The position numbers and the translations under genes are program-made. From Octopus sinensis (lineage: Eukaryota), in the NCBI RefSeq assembly GCF_006345805.1, contig NC_043023.1, positions 19,592,001-19,656,000 on the forward strand: a stretch of 64,000 bases of DNA, in the 5' to 3' direction. Shown piece by piece: positions 50,043 through 62,577 of the stretch (position 1 is its first letter; each line of letters begins with the position of its first letter). A model generated the notes under the pieces. The model was not told where the DNA came from. It saw only the letters and a list, made by a program, of their open reading frames with translations, and ran no database searches.

Positions 50043-52047
50043 GTGCAACATAGTGGGACTGAACCTGAACCTGGAGGCACGTGGTTTGGTGTATAGGGCA
50101 GGTGCAGGAGTGATACCATGTTGTTTTTGGCAAGAAACTCTCAAGTGAGGGGCACTTGGTGACAGGGGACACTTTCATCGTGAAGAATACAATTCTTCAT
50201 GCCTCAAAATGTTGTAGAATTCTCAATTGATGATTTGGCCCTGGGGTTCAGTTCTCAATGTACAATACTACAGATGTTGGAGGAAAAAAATACATGAGCT
50301 GTAGGAGTGGCTGTGTGGTAAGTAGCTTGCTTACAAACCACATGGTTCCGGGTTCAGTCCCACTTCGTGGCACCTTGAGCAAGTGTCTTCTATAGCCCCG
50401 TGCTGACCAAAGCCTTGTGAGTGGATTTGGTAGACGGAAACTGAAAGAAGCCCGTCGTATATATGTATTTATATATATATGTATGTATGTGTGTGTGTGT
50501 CTGTGTTTGTCCCCCTAGCATTGCTTGACAACCGATGCTGGTGTGTTTACGTCCCCGTCACTTAGCAGTTCGGCAAAAGAGACCGATAGAATAAGTACTA
50601 TGCTTACAATGATTAAGTCCTGGGGTCGATTTGCTCGACTAAAGGCGGTGCTCCAGCATGGCCACAGTCAAATGACTGAAACAAGTAAAAGAGTAAACTT
50701 AGCGGTTCGGCAAAAGAGACCGATAGAATAAGTACTATGCTTACAATGATTAAGTCCTGGGGTCGATTTGCTCGACTAAAGGCGGTGCTCCAGCATGGCT
50801 GCAGTCAAATGACTGAAACAAGTAAAAGAGTAAAAAGAGAGTTTGTTCTTGATTGAGCTGCAGCTCTAACGTGCCTTTTGTGGCACTTGTGCCACCCGAA
50901 ACACTGTGTCCAACCCATTGCCTCATCACTGTAAACTTGGCTGGCACATGCTCAAATATTTCTGTTGCAGACGTCCCAAGTTTAACACGAAATTCCATGT
51001 TGCCTCTTTGTTCCAGTTTCCTGTCCATGATAAAAAATCGCAGGCTACAACATACGTGGGATCATAAAAACATAAATTTCATAACTTGCAAAGTAAATAC
51101 AGTGATGTCACTTGGCACACTGCCTCATGAAAGCCACTGGTAGCTTCCATTGCACATGCAAGTATGTGCTGCCATCTGTTGGCATGCTACAGAACTGGTC
51201 CAGGAACTTTTTGATACTACCTTCTATATATATATATATATATATATATACATACACATACACACACACATATATATATCATCATACCAGTGCCGGTGGC
51301 ACACAAGAAATCCGAGCGTGGCCGTCTGCCAGCCTCATCAGGCACCTGTGTCGGTGGCACATAAAAAACACTATCCGAGCGTGGCCGTTCGCCAGTCTCA
51401 TCTGGCACCTGTGTCGGTGGCACATAAAAAACACCATCCAAGCGTGGCCGTTCGCCAGCCTCGTCTGGCACCTGTGTCGGTGGCACATAAAATCACTCAC
51501 TACACTCTTGGAGTGGTTGGCGTTAGGAAGGGCATCCAGCTGTAGAAACACTGCCAGATCTGACTGGCCTGGTGCAGCTTTCGGGCTCCCCAGACCCCAG
51601 TTGAACCGTCCAACCCATGCTAGCATGGAAAGCGGACGTTAAATGATGATGATGATGTGTGTAGTCACATACACACACACATATATATATATCATCATAC
51701 GTCTGTTTTCCATGCTGGCATGGGTTGGATGGTTCGACTGGGGTCTGGGAAGCCAGATGGCTGCACCAGGCCAGTCAGATCTGGCAGTGTTTCTACAGCT
51801 GGATGCCCTTCCTAATGACAACCACTCCAAGTGTGTAGTGGGTGCTTTTTACATGCCACCGGCACAGGAGCCAGAGGAGCTGGCATTTACCACGATCGCA
51901 TGGTACTTTTTACGTGCCACTGGCACAGAAGCCAGTCAAAGCGGCACTGACATCGGCCACGTTCGGATGGTCCTTTTTACATGCTACCGGCACAGGGCTC
52001 ACAACTACAATTTCCATCTGATTTGATTTTTGAAATTGCTGATGTTG

Positions 52048-52092
<45 letters not shown>

Positions 52093-52343
52093 CACACACT
52101 CACCCTTGATGAGTTTCACACAGTTTCCACTCTACTGAATTCTCTCGGAAGGTATTTGTTGGCTGAGAGCTATATTCAAAGACATTTCCCCAAGGTGTCA
52201 GCCACACAGTGTGATAGACCCTGCAAGCACATCGTTATGAAGCAGACATCTTAAACTACCCAGCTATAACTAAATGTCTGACTTTGCTTACCTAGCAAAC
52301 CCTTGTCCTTTGTAATATGTATCTGATTTGTTGTTTTAACTAG

Positions 52344-52405
52344 ATTACCGATATAAGAAAGATGAATTGTTCAAGAGGATGAAGTGGACCACATTTGTCC
52401 AGCTG
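52344..52405 (+). CDS. CEP41: CEP41 exon 4
   Basis: TAG acceptor, GTGAGT donor, 62 nt. YRYKKDELFKRMKWTTFVQL is close to vertebrate YRYKKDELFKRLKVTTFAQL. Confidence 0.97.
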
Positions 52406-52664
52406 GTGAGTATTCATGTTCTTCCATCTCTCTGTCCACCTCTCTTGCTACCCTGTATTGGTCAAGGGTGACCACACCTTGGCACTTGGATGTGTATGAG
52501 TGTGATAGCATGCTTTGGGGAAGATTAGTACCACTGTCATCAAAACATCATCTCCATCACTACCACCATCACCACCATCACCACATTTGTAGGCCCTATC
52601 AAGGTTAGCATTGGTAGAAATGTTTCTAAGTCCTCAATTAATTATCCTCCTCTTTTGGGATATA

Positions 52665-53416
52665 TCTTTATATATAAAGCTGAAGTTCTCTGTGTGTGGC
52701 AGGTTTGGTAGCCTTCAACTAACACTATCTCCTCTGAGACCCTGTGGCGCAGGTTGAAGAAGGTTCGCTCTTCATTCCGTAGAAAAAAAAATTCAAATCG
52801 GACCATGTTAACACCAAAAATTATTTACATCAAAAAGGTGCTTTTTTTCTATGAAAATCCCTATTTTTTAACGATATTTTGATTGCTGTGTCGTCATTTT
52901 TCGGTGTACCAGAAAAATGTTCACTTAAAGAGAATAACAAGCTACATAATGCAAAATTTTTACTTTTCAAAAATTCCAATTCTAAAGGGTCGAAACAAAC
53001 CCGAGCAACGCCGGGTGATACTGCTAGTATATATATAAAGCTGAAGTTGTCTGTGTATGGCAAGTTTGGTAGCCTTCAACTAACACCATCTCCTCCGAGA
53101 CCCTGTGGGGCAGGTTGACCAAAATTGAGAGTATGATAGAAGAAGACTTGCTCTTCCTTCTGTAGAAGAAAATATCCAAATCGGACCATGTTAACACTAA
53201 AAATTATTTACATCAAAAAGGTGCTTTTTTCCTATGAAAATCCCTATTTTTTAACGATATTTTGACTGCTGTGTCACCATTTTTCGGTGTATTTCAACCA
53301 GAAAAATGTTCACTTAAAGAGAATAACAAGCTACATAATGCAAAATTTTTACTTTTCAAAAATTCCAATTCTAAAGGGTCGAAACAAACCCGAGCAACGC
53401 CGGGCGATACTGCTAG
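52665..53416 (+). mobile_element. Two head-to-tail non-autonomous Helitron copies
   Basis: A|TC start at 52665. Each copy ends in the hairpin CCCGAGCAACGCCGGG then CTAG|T (53024-27 and 53413-16). Confidence 0.8.
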
Positions 53417-53482
53417 TAGATATATGTATATATATATATTCAAGCAAGCTGTGCTAAATCTGTGTTCTGTGTTTATCTCTAG

Positions 53483-53552
53483 GTTCTACAAATTGCTGAG
53501 TTTAACAAATCAAAAGAACAGAAGATTGATCTGGTGGAAGAGGTTGATATAG
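53483..53552 (+). CDS. CEP41: CEP41 exon 5
   Basis: TCTCTAG acceptor, GTGAGT donor, 70 nt, phase 0 to phase 1. VLQIAEFNKSKEQKIDLVEEVDI. Confidence 0.88.
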
Positions 53553-54076
53553 GTGAGTATGAAGAGGGGGAGGGTTCTTTGTTCCCCCCCCCCCATCTTT
53601 TTAAATGTTTTTTTTGTCATTTTCAAAATCTATAAAGCTGAAATGCGAAAAAGTTGTTTGATTTCTTGGTTGGGAATGGTTTAAGGGGCGGTAGATGGGG
53701 TCGGATTGGTGCCAAAATTTACACTGGAGGGAAAAATGGGGTGGGCACTGGTGTGAGGAGGGTTGCAAGTCGCTCGGGGCTACCATTTGGTTGCCGTCAC
53801 CACCAAAACCTGAGCAAAGCACGGGTCAAAATAGCTACTCTTCCTATAAATTTTTGTGTGTGTATGTTATTGGCGTTTTATATATTGCCATCATCATAGT
53901 TATACGTCCACTTGATATATATATTCTTTTACTTGTTTCAGTCATTTGACTGCGGCCATGCTGGAGCACCGCCTTTAGTCGAGCAAATCGACCCCAGGAC
54001 TTACTCTTTGTAAGCCTAGTACTTATTCTATCGGTTTCTTTTGCCGAACACAGACGCTCACACACACACACATATG

Positions 54077-54108
<32 letters not shown>

Positions 54109-54190
54109 ACATATATCTCAAAAAGCACCACATCAGATGCATTACACACCACCACTACTACCAATACCACAACAATCATACTCTGAGGCA

Positions 54191-54250
<60 letters not shown>

Positions 54251-54829
54251 TAAGCAATATAGGATGAAGTCCCTTACTCTACAGCAAAGGAATTCATCAG
54301 GAAGCGTGGGCAGTATATTTAAAAAAACCGTTACGGTTGCAATATACATCATATAATTAAGGGCTAAAGAGGGTTATTCTAAAGCCAAATACACTGTTTT
54401 ATCCACTTATAATCCGCTTGTTACAGGAAAATTGAAACTGAAAACGGGCAACTAACCTTTAGAAAATTTAAATTTCGTTATCTCTATATTGAATCAATTT
54501 CGGACTTAATCTTATAAAAAAGATATATTCCTTCTTCAGTAGAACTTTCGATGGGATATAAATAAAATACTCACGTATGATCATGGAAAAAGCACAAGCT
54601 AAAAACATAACTACACTTGAGTACATCACTTATATCATATATATATATGACAGGTTTCTTTCAGTTTCCGTCTACCAAATCCACTCACAAGGCTTTGGTT
54701 AACCCTAGGCTATATTAGAAGACACTTGCCCAAGGTGCCACACAGTGGGACTGAACCGAGAACCATGTGGTTGGTAAGCAAGCTACTTACCACACAGCCA
54801 CTCCTGATATATATAACCATCATCATCAT

Positions 54830-55560
54830 TTAATTTCCACTTTCCATGCTGGCATGGGTTAGACGTTTTGACTGGAACTGGTAAAGCCAGAGGCTGTATC
54901 AGGTTCCACTGTCTGCTTTGACATGGTTTCTATGGCTGCATGCCCTTCCAAATGCCAACCACTCCACAAAGTGTACTGGGTGCTTTTTAAGTGGCACCAG
55001 CACAGGTACTGTATATATGACAGCAACACAGGTTGCACCATCTTTATATGTCACACCATCATCATCATTTAACATCCGTTTTCCATGCTGGACAATTCGA
55101 CAGGAACTGGCCAGTGGAAGTGTTGCTTGGGTTCCAATTATCTGTTATCGCAAGGTTTCTACAGCTGGATGCTCTTCCTAACACCAACCACTTTACAGAG
55201 TGGCCTGGTTGCTTTTTATGTGGAACCAGCACTAATGAGGTCTGTTTTGGCATGGCTTTTTTTTTATGGCTGGATGCCCTTCCAAATGCCAAACACCTTA
55301 CAAAGTGGCCAGGGTACTTTTTATGTGGTACCAGCACTAGTGAGGTCTGTTTTGCCATGGATTTTTATGGCTGGATGCCCTTCCTAATGCCAACCACTCC
55401 ACAGAGTGTACTGGGTGCTTTTCACTTAACACCAACACCAGTGAGGTCTGCTTTGGTATGGTTTCTATGGCTGGATGCTCTTCCAAATGCCAACCACCTT
55501 ACAAAGTGGCCTGGGTGCTTTTTACATGGCACAGCACCAGCGAGGCCAACAAATAACTCA
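54830..55560 (-). repeat. RTE-tail derivatives with ~85-bp internal reiterations
   Basis: GGCTGGATGCCCTTCC(A/T)AATGCCAA...GGGTGCTTTTTA repeated about 5 times. Confidence 0.7.
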
Positions 55561-55773
55561 CAAAACAAATATTCTTTGAGAGATGGCATTGGTGGGGGTG
55601 GGGGATTGTTGGAGGTGACCTTGTGCCTGGTGATGAGTGGTTAGGGTGTGACAGAGGGAAAGGAACAGAAACAGGTGTCTTGTAGAGGGGATACATGGTT
55701 ACCCAGTCCGAGGGAGAGAGAGTGAGATCCTCATCCATTTGCGTATATGTCTGTTTGTCTCTCTGTTATACAG

Positions 55774-55954
55774 ACATATCTACTCGTCCTTACACTGCTG
55801 ACACAGCTGACCTTGAAGTCCAGAAGATCCAGGACTCAAGTCCATCCGCATCACAAGCATCCACAGATGAAGAATTCACAGACCCTGCAAGCGCCACAGA
55901 CCAGGTCAATTCCGCAGACAGCGGCCTCTACACTTCTCGCTCGACACTACAGGA
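55774..55954 (+). CDS. CEP41: CEP41 exon 6
   Basis: TACAG acceptor, GTAAGT donor, 181 nt, phase 1 to phase 2. Acidic Ser/Thr linker ending SRSTLQ, as in vertebrate SSRSTLQS. Confidence 0.9.
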
Positions 55955-56089
55955 GTAAGTCTGTCTTTTCATATATATGTGTGTGTGTGTGTATGTGTGT
56001 ATTTTTGAATATGTGTATGTGGGTATATGTATATATGTGGTGTATGTATACATGTATGTGTGTATATATGTGTTTGTGTTGTGTATGTA

Positions 56090-56123
<34 letters not shown>

Positions 56124-57568
56124 TACTTGTTTCAGTCATTTTGACTGCGGCCATGCTGGAGCACCACCTTTTGTCGAGCAACTCGACCCCGGGACTTATT
56201 CTTCGTAAGCCCAGTACTTATTCTATCGGTCTCTTTTGCGAACCGCTAAGCGACGGGGACATAAACACACCAGCATCGGTTGTCAAGCAATGCTAGGGGG
56301 ACAAACACAGACACACAAACACACACATACAAATATATATATATACACATATATACGACAGGCTTCTTTCAGTTTCCGTCTACCAAATCCACTCACAAGG
56401 CATTGGTCGGCCCGGGGCTATAGCAGAAGACACTTGCCCAAGATGCCATGCAGTGGGACTGAACCCAGAACCATGTGGTCGGTTAGCAAGCTACTTACCA
56501 CACGGCCACTCCTGCGCATATATATATATGTATATATATATGTATATGTGTGTGTGTATCATCATCATCATCATTTTACGTTGATTTTCCATGCTGGCAT
56601 GGGTTGGACAGTTTGACAGGAGCTGGCATGGCGGAGAGCTGCACCAGGCTCCATCGTCTGTTTTGGCTTGGTTTCTATGGCTGGATGCCCTTCCAAATGT
56701 AACTGGTACTTATTTAATCGATCCCGAAAGGATGAAAGACAAAGTCAACCTCGGCGGGATTTGAACTCAGAACATAGCGGTAGACGGAATACCGGTAAGC
56801 ATTTCGCCCAGCGTGCTAACGTTTCTGCCAGCTCTCCACCTTAAAAGGGCCATCTTTGTCGCATTGTGTCATGCTGAATCTCCTTGAGAACTATGTTAAG
56901 GGTATGCATTGTGCCTGTGGAGTGCTCAGCCGCTTGCACATTAATCTCATGGGCAGGCTGTTCCATTGATCACATCAACTGGGAACCTCATTGACCTAAT
57001 CAACAGAGTTCCAGTCACCATTATCACCGTTTAACGTCCGTTTTCCATGCTGGCATGGGTTGGACGGTTCAACTGGGATCTGGGAAGCCAGGAGGCTGCA
57101 CCAGGCTCCAGTCTGATCTGGCAGCGTTTCTACAGCTGGATGCCCTTCCTAACACCAACCCCCTCAGAGTATAGTGGGTGCCTATTGCATGCCACTGGCA
57201 CAGGGGCCAGAGGGGGCTGGCAACGACCACAATCAGTTGGTGCTTTTTACATGCCACTGTAATGGAAGCCAGTCAAGGCGGCGCTGGCATCAGCCCCATT
57301 TGGATGGTGCTTTTTACATGCCACCGGCACAGAGATCTCAATTACAATTTCCATTTAATTTCGATGTACTTGACTCAATAGGTCTCCTCAAGCACGGCAT
57401 ATCACCCTACGATCCAAGGTACTCTTGAGTCGGCTGGTGCAGGTTACAGCTGTGAACTATCTACAGCAGATTATTCTCCTTTCAGTTATGGGGGAGTTTT
57501 TGGGCCTTTGGTCTCATTACCATCGTGGTCACCTCACTAGTGCTTTTTCTTTCTCTCTCTATTTCCAG

Positions 57569-57723
57569 TGTTATCCAAGGTGTTGGTGAAATTGACCAGC
57601 TGACCACACCCTGCTTAGAGAAGGAGCTAGTGGTGGCTAAGGAGGATGAGAACAGTTGCTGCCCTTATTTACTACTGGACGTCCGAGACAAAGATGAATT
57701 TGACCAATGTCACATCATAACCG
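57569..57723 (+). CDS. CEP41: CEP41 exon 7 (start of rhodanese-like domain)
   Basis: Pyrimidine tract plus TTCCAG acceptor, GTCAGT donor, 155 nt. VIQGVGEID...CPYLLLDVRDKDEFDQCHIIT. Confidence 0.96.
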
Positions 57724-58279
57724 GTCAGTCAACCAGTGCGAATCTCTGAGGCAGTGTTTGTGGTCTGGCACCATGGTGTAATGATTGTTGTGGTAGTGGT
57801 AGTAGTGGCGGTGTGTAATGCATCTGATGTGGTGCTTTTTGAGATGTTGATGTTGTGGCACTGATGTAGTATTGGTCATGGTAGTGTTGTGGTACAATAG
57901 TTTTTATTTTAGAATTGTGGTACTGGCTGTGGTGATTTTGAGGTGTTGTAGTAGTGGTTGGTGTTGTAGTAGTTCTAGTGGTGGTGGTGGTTGGTAGTAA
58001 TGGTGATTTGATGAAGGTGCTGTGGTCAGGTTAGTGTGTGGTGGTGGTGTAGTGGGTAGGTGTGGCAGTGGTGGTGATAGTATTGGCATGGTGGCAGTGA
58101 TAGTGGTGGTAGTGTTGGTGATGTTTTGAATCTTATTTTCCTGTTTGTTATTCTGCACCCGAGGCTTTAGTAGAAGACACTTGCCCAAGGTGCCACGCAG
58201 TGGGACTGAACCCAGAACCATCTGCTTGGTAAACAGCCACTTCTGTAATTCAAAATATAAACAGTAATAAACCATAAAA

Positions 58280-59084
58280 TATTGGGGTGTCCGGAAAGTT
58301 CGTGCTTACCTTTCGACTTATTTTAGAACATGGTTGAGTCCATAAAATAGGATTTAACTACACCTCCATTTAGAGCACAGTTTAAGCTATCTTTTTGTGG
58401 AAGAAGGTTTATGTTCCTATAACCTGTGTTAATTCTGTAACCCTTTAAAATGGAAGATAAAAAAAGTTCATTTTCGGCACTTGATGCTTTGGGAACCAGA
58501 CAAAAATTGCTGCAGCTTGGCTGGGATGTGTTACCCCACCCTCCATATTCACCAGATATTGCTCCTTCGGATTTCCACTTATTCAGGTCTCTGCAGAATA
58601 GTTTTAATGGTAAAAATTTCAATTCCTTGGATGACGTAAAAAGATACCTTGATGAATTCTTTGCCATGAAACCACCTGAATTCTGGGAAGAGGGTATTTT
58701 CAAGTTAAAAGGCAGCGAGCTGGCAGAAACGTTAGCATGCCGGGCGAAATGCTTAGCGGTATTTCGTCTGCGTTACGTTGTGAGTTCAAATTCCGCTGAG
58801 GTCGACTTTGCCTTTCATCCTTTCAGGGTCGATAAATTAAGTACCAGTTACGCACTGGGGTCGATGTAATCGACTTAATACCTATGTCTGTCCTTATTTG
58901 TCCCCTCTGTGTTTAGCCCCTTGTGGGTAATAAAGAAATAGGTATTTTCAAGTTAAAGGAAAGATGGAGACGCATTGTGCAACAAAATGGTTCATATTTG
59001 GTTGATTAAAAATGTAATGGCAAGTATTTATTGACCTTTTTCTTTCCTTTAAAAATCGACACAAACTTTCTGGACAACCCGATA
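58280..59084 (+). mobile_element. Internally deleted mariner element with both TIRs and a nested SINE (58710-58940)
   Basis: TA-TTGGGGTGTCCGGAAAGTT and AACTTTCTGGACAACCCGA-TA termini. N-terminal MEDKK-VHFRHLML (1-nt slip) is fused to LPHPPYSPDIAPSDFHLF. SINE TSD GGTATTTTCAAGTTAAA at 58693 and 58941. Confidence 0.88.
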
Positions 59085-60281
59085 GATTATTTTTCAAAAT
59101 GAAACGAAACTAAGAGTAAGATGGAAAATAAATTCTATTTATGTATACATCCACTTTATTTATTCTTGAAAAGTTTTCTATTTTTTTTAATTGGAAGGTC
59201 TTTGATCAGATCCTCACTTTGACACCACAAACACTTCAAAATTATATTTCCAATCATATAAATCACTTCGAATATTATTTTAATAAGTTGAAAGTGATTT
59301 CTTTTGTATTGTAGACCATTTACCATTTCTGTGGTTCCCTCCCCTTTCCTTAATGCCCTAAGCACATGCGTATTTTGTTTAATGGTTAATCCAGCACTGT
59401 ATATATATATTTTTTATTACTTGTTTCAGTCATTTGACTGCAGCCATGCTGGAGCACTGCCTTTAGTCGAGCAAATCGACCCCGGGACTTATTCTTTTGT
59501 AAGCCCTGTACTTATTCTATCGGTCTCTTTTGCCGAACCGCTAAGTTACGGGGACGTAAACACACCAGCATCGGTTGTCAAGCAATGCTAGGGGGACAAA
59601 CACAGACACACAAACACATATATATATATACATATATACGATGGGCTTCTTTCAGTTTCCGTCTACCAAATCCACTCACAAGGCTTCGGTTGGCTGAGGC
59701 TATAGTAGAAGACACTTGCCCAAGATGCCACGCAGTGGGACTGAACCCGGAACCATGTGGTTGGTAAGCAAGCTACTTACCACACAGCCACTCCTGTATA
59801 TGTGAGGCCCAACACTGAAAAGGAAGATAAATTTCCAGTTGTCGAGAATGTTTTACCACAGATATTACACTCGTTTGAGTTTTCTCCTGTATGAAGTAGC
59901 TGAGTTCTTTTGAGTGTTGAGCCTCACAGAGACAATGACTGAGACCTTTAACCTTATGTTGTGCTTGAGTAGAAGACCCTTCAAACTGAGCAAAATCCCA
60001 GTCGTGGCCGATACTGGTCTCATGCAAATGGCCCCTGCTGTGGTTACATATAAAAGCACCTGTTATCCCCTTGGAAGGGCATCAAGCCATAGAAATCATG
60101 CCACCCACAGCATTCAGCGCAGCTGCGTTTTGGCGTCTCGTTTCAAGGAAAGTTGAAAGTTTACCTGCAATTTGGGTCTCAGCCGTAAACCAGCACGTCT
60201 TGGAATATTTACACTTACATCCCTGAAATAAATTTTTAGAATTTATCATATAAAAATGACATTTGAAAAAATCGTGTTTCT

Positions 60282-60323
<42 letters not shown>

Positions 60324-60630
60324 CATCTCCACACCCACACATACATACATACATACACACGTCAAGACCACCAGCCCTCTTTCACAGGCACATACATACA
60401 TACACACGTCCAGACCACCAGCCCTCTTTCACACGCACATACATACTCTCTTATACACACACGCACCTTCATGTTGGGGCCACCTTCGTTTTTGAAGTCA
60501 CTTGACCCTGTTATCTCCCCTACTATCCCTCTAGCGTCTGACCTCTGACCTCTGCCCGAAGTCAGAACGTCATGATAGACCGTTAGCCCCTACACGCAAT
60601 TTTTTCTCTCTCCTTGTATTTTTCTGTATA

Positions 60631-60668
60631 TCTTTCTGTTGAAGAGCGTAGGCTCGAAACGTAAAAGA
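60631..60668 (+). ncRNA. Type-I hammerhead-ribozyme-like motif (A6 substituted) in a Penelope-like repeat
   Basis: TCTTT-CTGTTGA-A-GAGC GTAG GCTC-GAAA-C-GT-A-AAAGA. Helix I TCTTT/AAAGA, 4-bp helix II, palindromic ACGT helix III. Confidence 0.5.
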
Positions 60669-61069
60669 CTTGTTTTATTTCTATTCCTGAGCACCATACT
60701 AATACATTTGTTTGTTTGTACTCCACCTGCCTTCGTCTTTTGTTTATTTTCGTAAACCTTCCCGTTGTAATCCACACTTACACACACATAACCCCTCCTA
60801 CCATTCCGCTGTCTTTGACTATACTACTCTTCTGTCTTTGAAAACATCTTTCTTCACCCTTTTCCTTCCGGTCTTTCAAAATGTGACCTCGTGTGTACTG
60901 TTGGCAATTTTTTTTTCTCCTTGTCTTCCCTTCTCTGGATCTTTCCTTCTCCTATGTTTCCGCTTGAAACGTTAAACCCTCCTTCTTTCCTGAGCGTCCA
61001 ATAATACTATACTTGTTCCACGTTCTCACGCGTTGTTGTGTTTTTTTTGTTCTTTCTTGTTTGGATTAA

Positions 61070-61104
<35 letters not shown>

Positions 61105-61123
61105 CTTATATAATATATATATA

Positions 61124-61154
<31 letters not shown>

Positions 61155-61212
61155 TGTATGTGTGATGATGATGTTTGTCTTTCTATATATATTATCTTTT
61201 TTTTCTGTTCAG

Positions 61213-61280
61213 CCCATAACTACCCATCTGCCATGTTGTCCAGAACTACCAACAGTGAAACTAAAGAGATGTTGTCATAT
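61213..61280 (+). CDS. CEP41: CEP41 exon 8
   Basis: TGTTCAG acceptor, 68 nt, phase 1 to phase 0. (A)HNYPSAMLSRTTNSETKEMLSY is similar to vertebrate AYSYPIATLSRTMNPYSNDILEY. Donor GTATCCTTTT. Confidence 0.93.
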
Positions 61281-61697
61281 GTATCCTTTTATTGTCTGTC
61301 TGTCTGTCTATCAACCAGTCAAACTTTGGAAGCGTCGAAATGTTTTTGGTATTCTACAGAGAAGAAACTAAATTTCGAACACGATATAACAGCAGAGAAG
61401 GACTGGCAATGTTTTGCCGTTTCTTTAAGAGTAAATACCCAATCTTTCTCTGCTGTTTCACAGCTATACTGCGTTCAGGATCGACTTTCTTATATGTATG
61501 TATATATATATATAGGCGCAGGAGTGGCTGTGTGGTAAGTAGCTTGTTTACCAACCACATGGTGCCGGGTTCAGTCCCACTGCGTGGCATCTTGGGCAAG
61601 TGTCTTCTGCTATAGCCTCGGGCTGACCAAAGCCTTGTGAGTGGATTTGGTAGATGGAAACTGAAAGAAGCCTGTCGTATATATGTATATATATATA

Positions 61698-61944
61698 TAT
61701 CTGTAAATGTAATACGTGACAATTATTCGGTAGCCATGATAAAACATTTTGGATGCTGAGATGGAAATCCACGCCGCCATCGGAAAAAATGCTATGAAAA
61801 TATGTTTTTATAGCATTTTTCTTAGCTTTTTTTTTGATGGCCGGATAACTGAAGAGATGGCGGCGTGGATTTCCACCTTGGCATCTGAAACTCAGAGTTT
61901 TATCATGGCTACCGAATAACTGTCACATATTACATTTACAGATA
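61698..61944. mobile_element. Foldback MITE with ~85-bp arms and TA flanks
   Basis: TA-TCTGTAAATGTAATACGTGACAATTATTCGGTAGCCATGATAAAAC...GGAAATCCACGCCGCCATC pairs with GATGGCGGCGTGGATTTCC...GTTTTATCATGGCTACCGAATAACTGTCACATATTACATTTACAGA-TA. Confidence 0.85.
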
Positions 61945-62021
61945 AATTCCTCTATTTACATAATATCGAGGTCTCTTTCATTCTTTTGTTGTCTCACCAT
62001 TTCTATCAATATATATATATA

Positions 62022-62067
<46 letters not shown>

Positions 62068-62070
62068 TTA

Positions 62071-62577
62071 TCTATATATATAAAACTCTAGTTGTGTGAG
62101 TGTCTGTCCCCTTCGATTCAGATTCCTAACTCCTCCCACATTTTGCGGTGCAGTTTAACCAAATTCGGGTATCTTATAGTCGTGATTCATATCGAGCCCG
62201 TCTGGCTATTAGCGCGCGTCTACGATGAGTCTACGATTTTAAAAATAATTTAACATCATTTTTTATTCCATTTTAATGCATAATTTTTCGTGTGTCGATG
62301 GCGGCGGAGTTGGCGTCCATGGTCACACCTGCACCTGTTTGCTTCTCCCCCTTCTTCCCTCCCTCGTGAAGCTGTGGGGAAGGGAGTGTAGGGAAATCAA
62401 CGTCGTAATGCATTGTCAAGGAGACCAGCGTTATTTTAGAACAGCGACTTCATGGCTTGAAGACACCAAAACAGAAATGGCTAAGAAAGCCCGAATTTAT
62501 AAGGGAAGTAACTCTCTAAAAATGCTTATATAGTTATTTCCCTTACAAACCCGAGCAACGCCGGGCGATACTGCTAG
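62071..62577 (+). mobile_element. Non-autonomous Helitron (second family, same 3' end)
   Basis: A|TCTATATATATAAAAC start. Ends AAACCCGAGCAACGCCGGGCGATACTGCTAG|T. Confidence 0.82.

Noticed and set aside
58450-58869. 139-aa ORF as a SETMAR-like domesticated gene
   Set aside because: It is a fused mariner deletion product that runs into a SINE and lacks the DNA-binding domain and the first two catalytic Asp residues.
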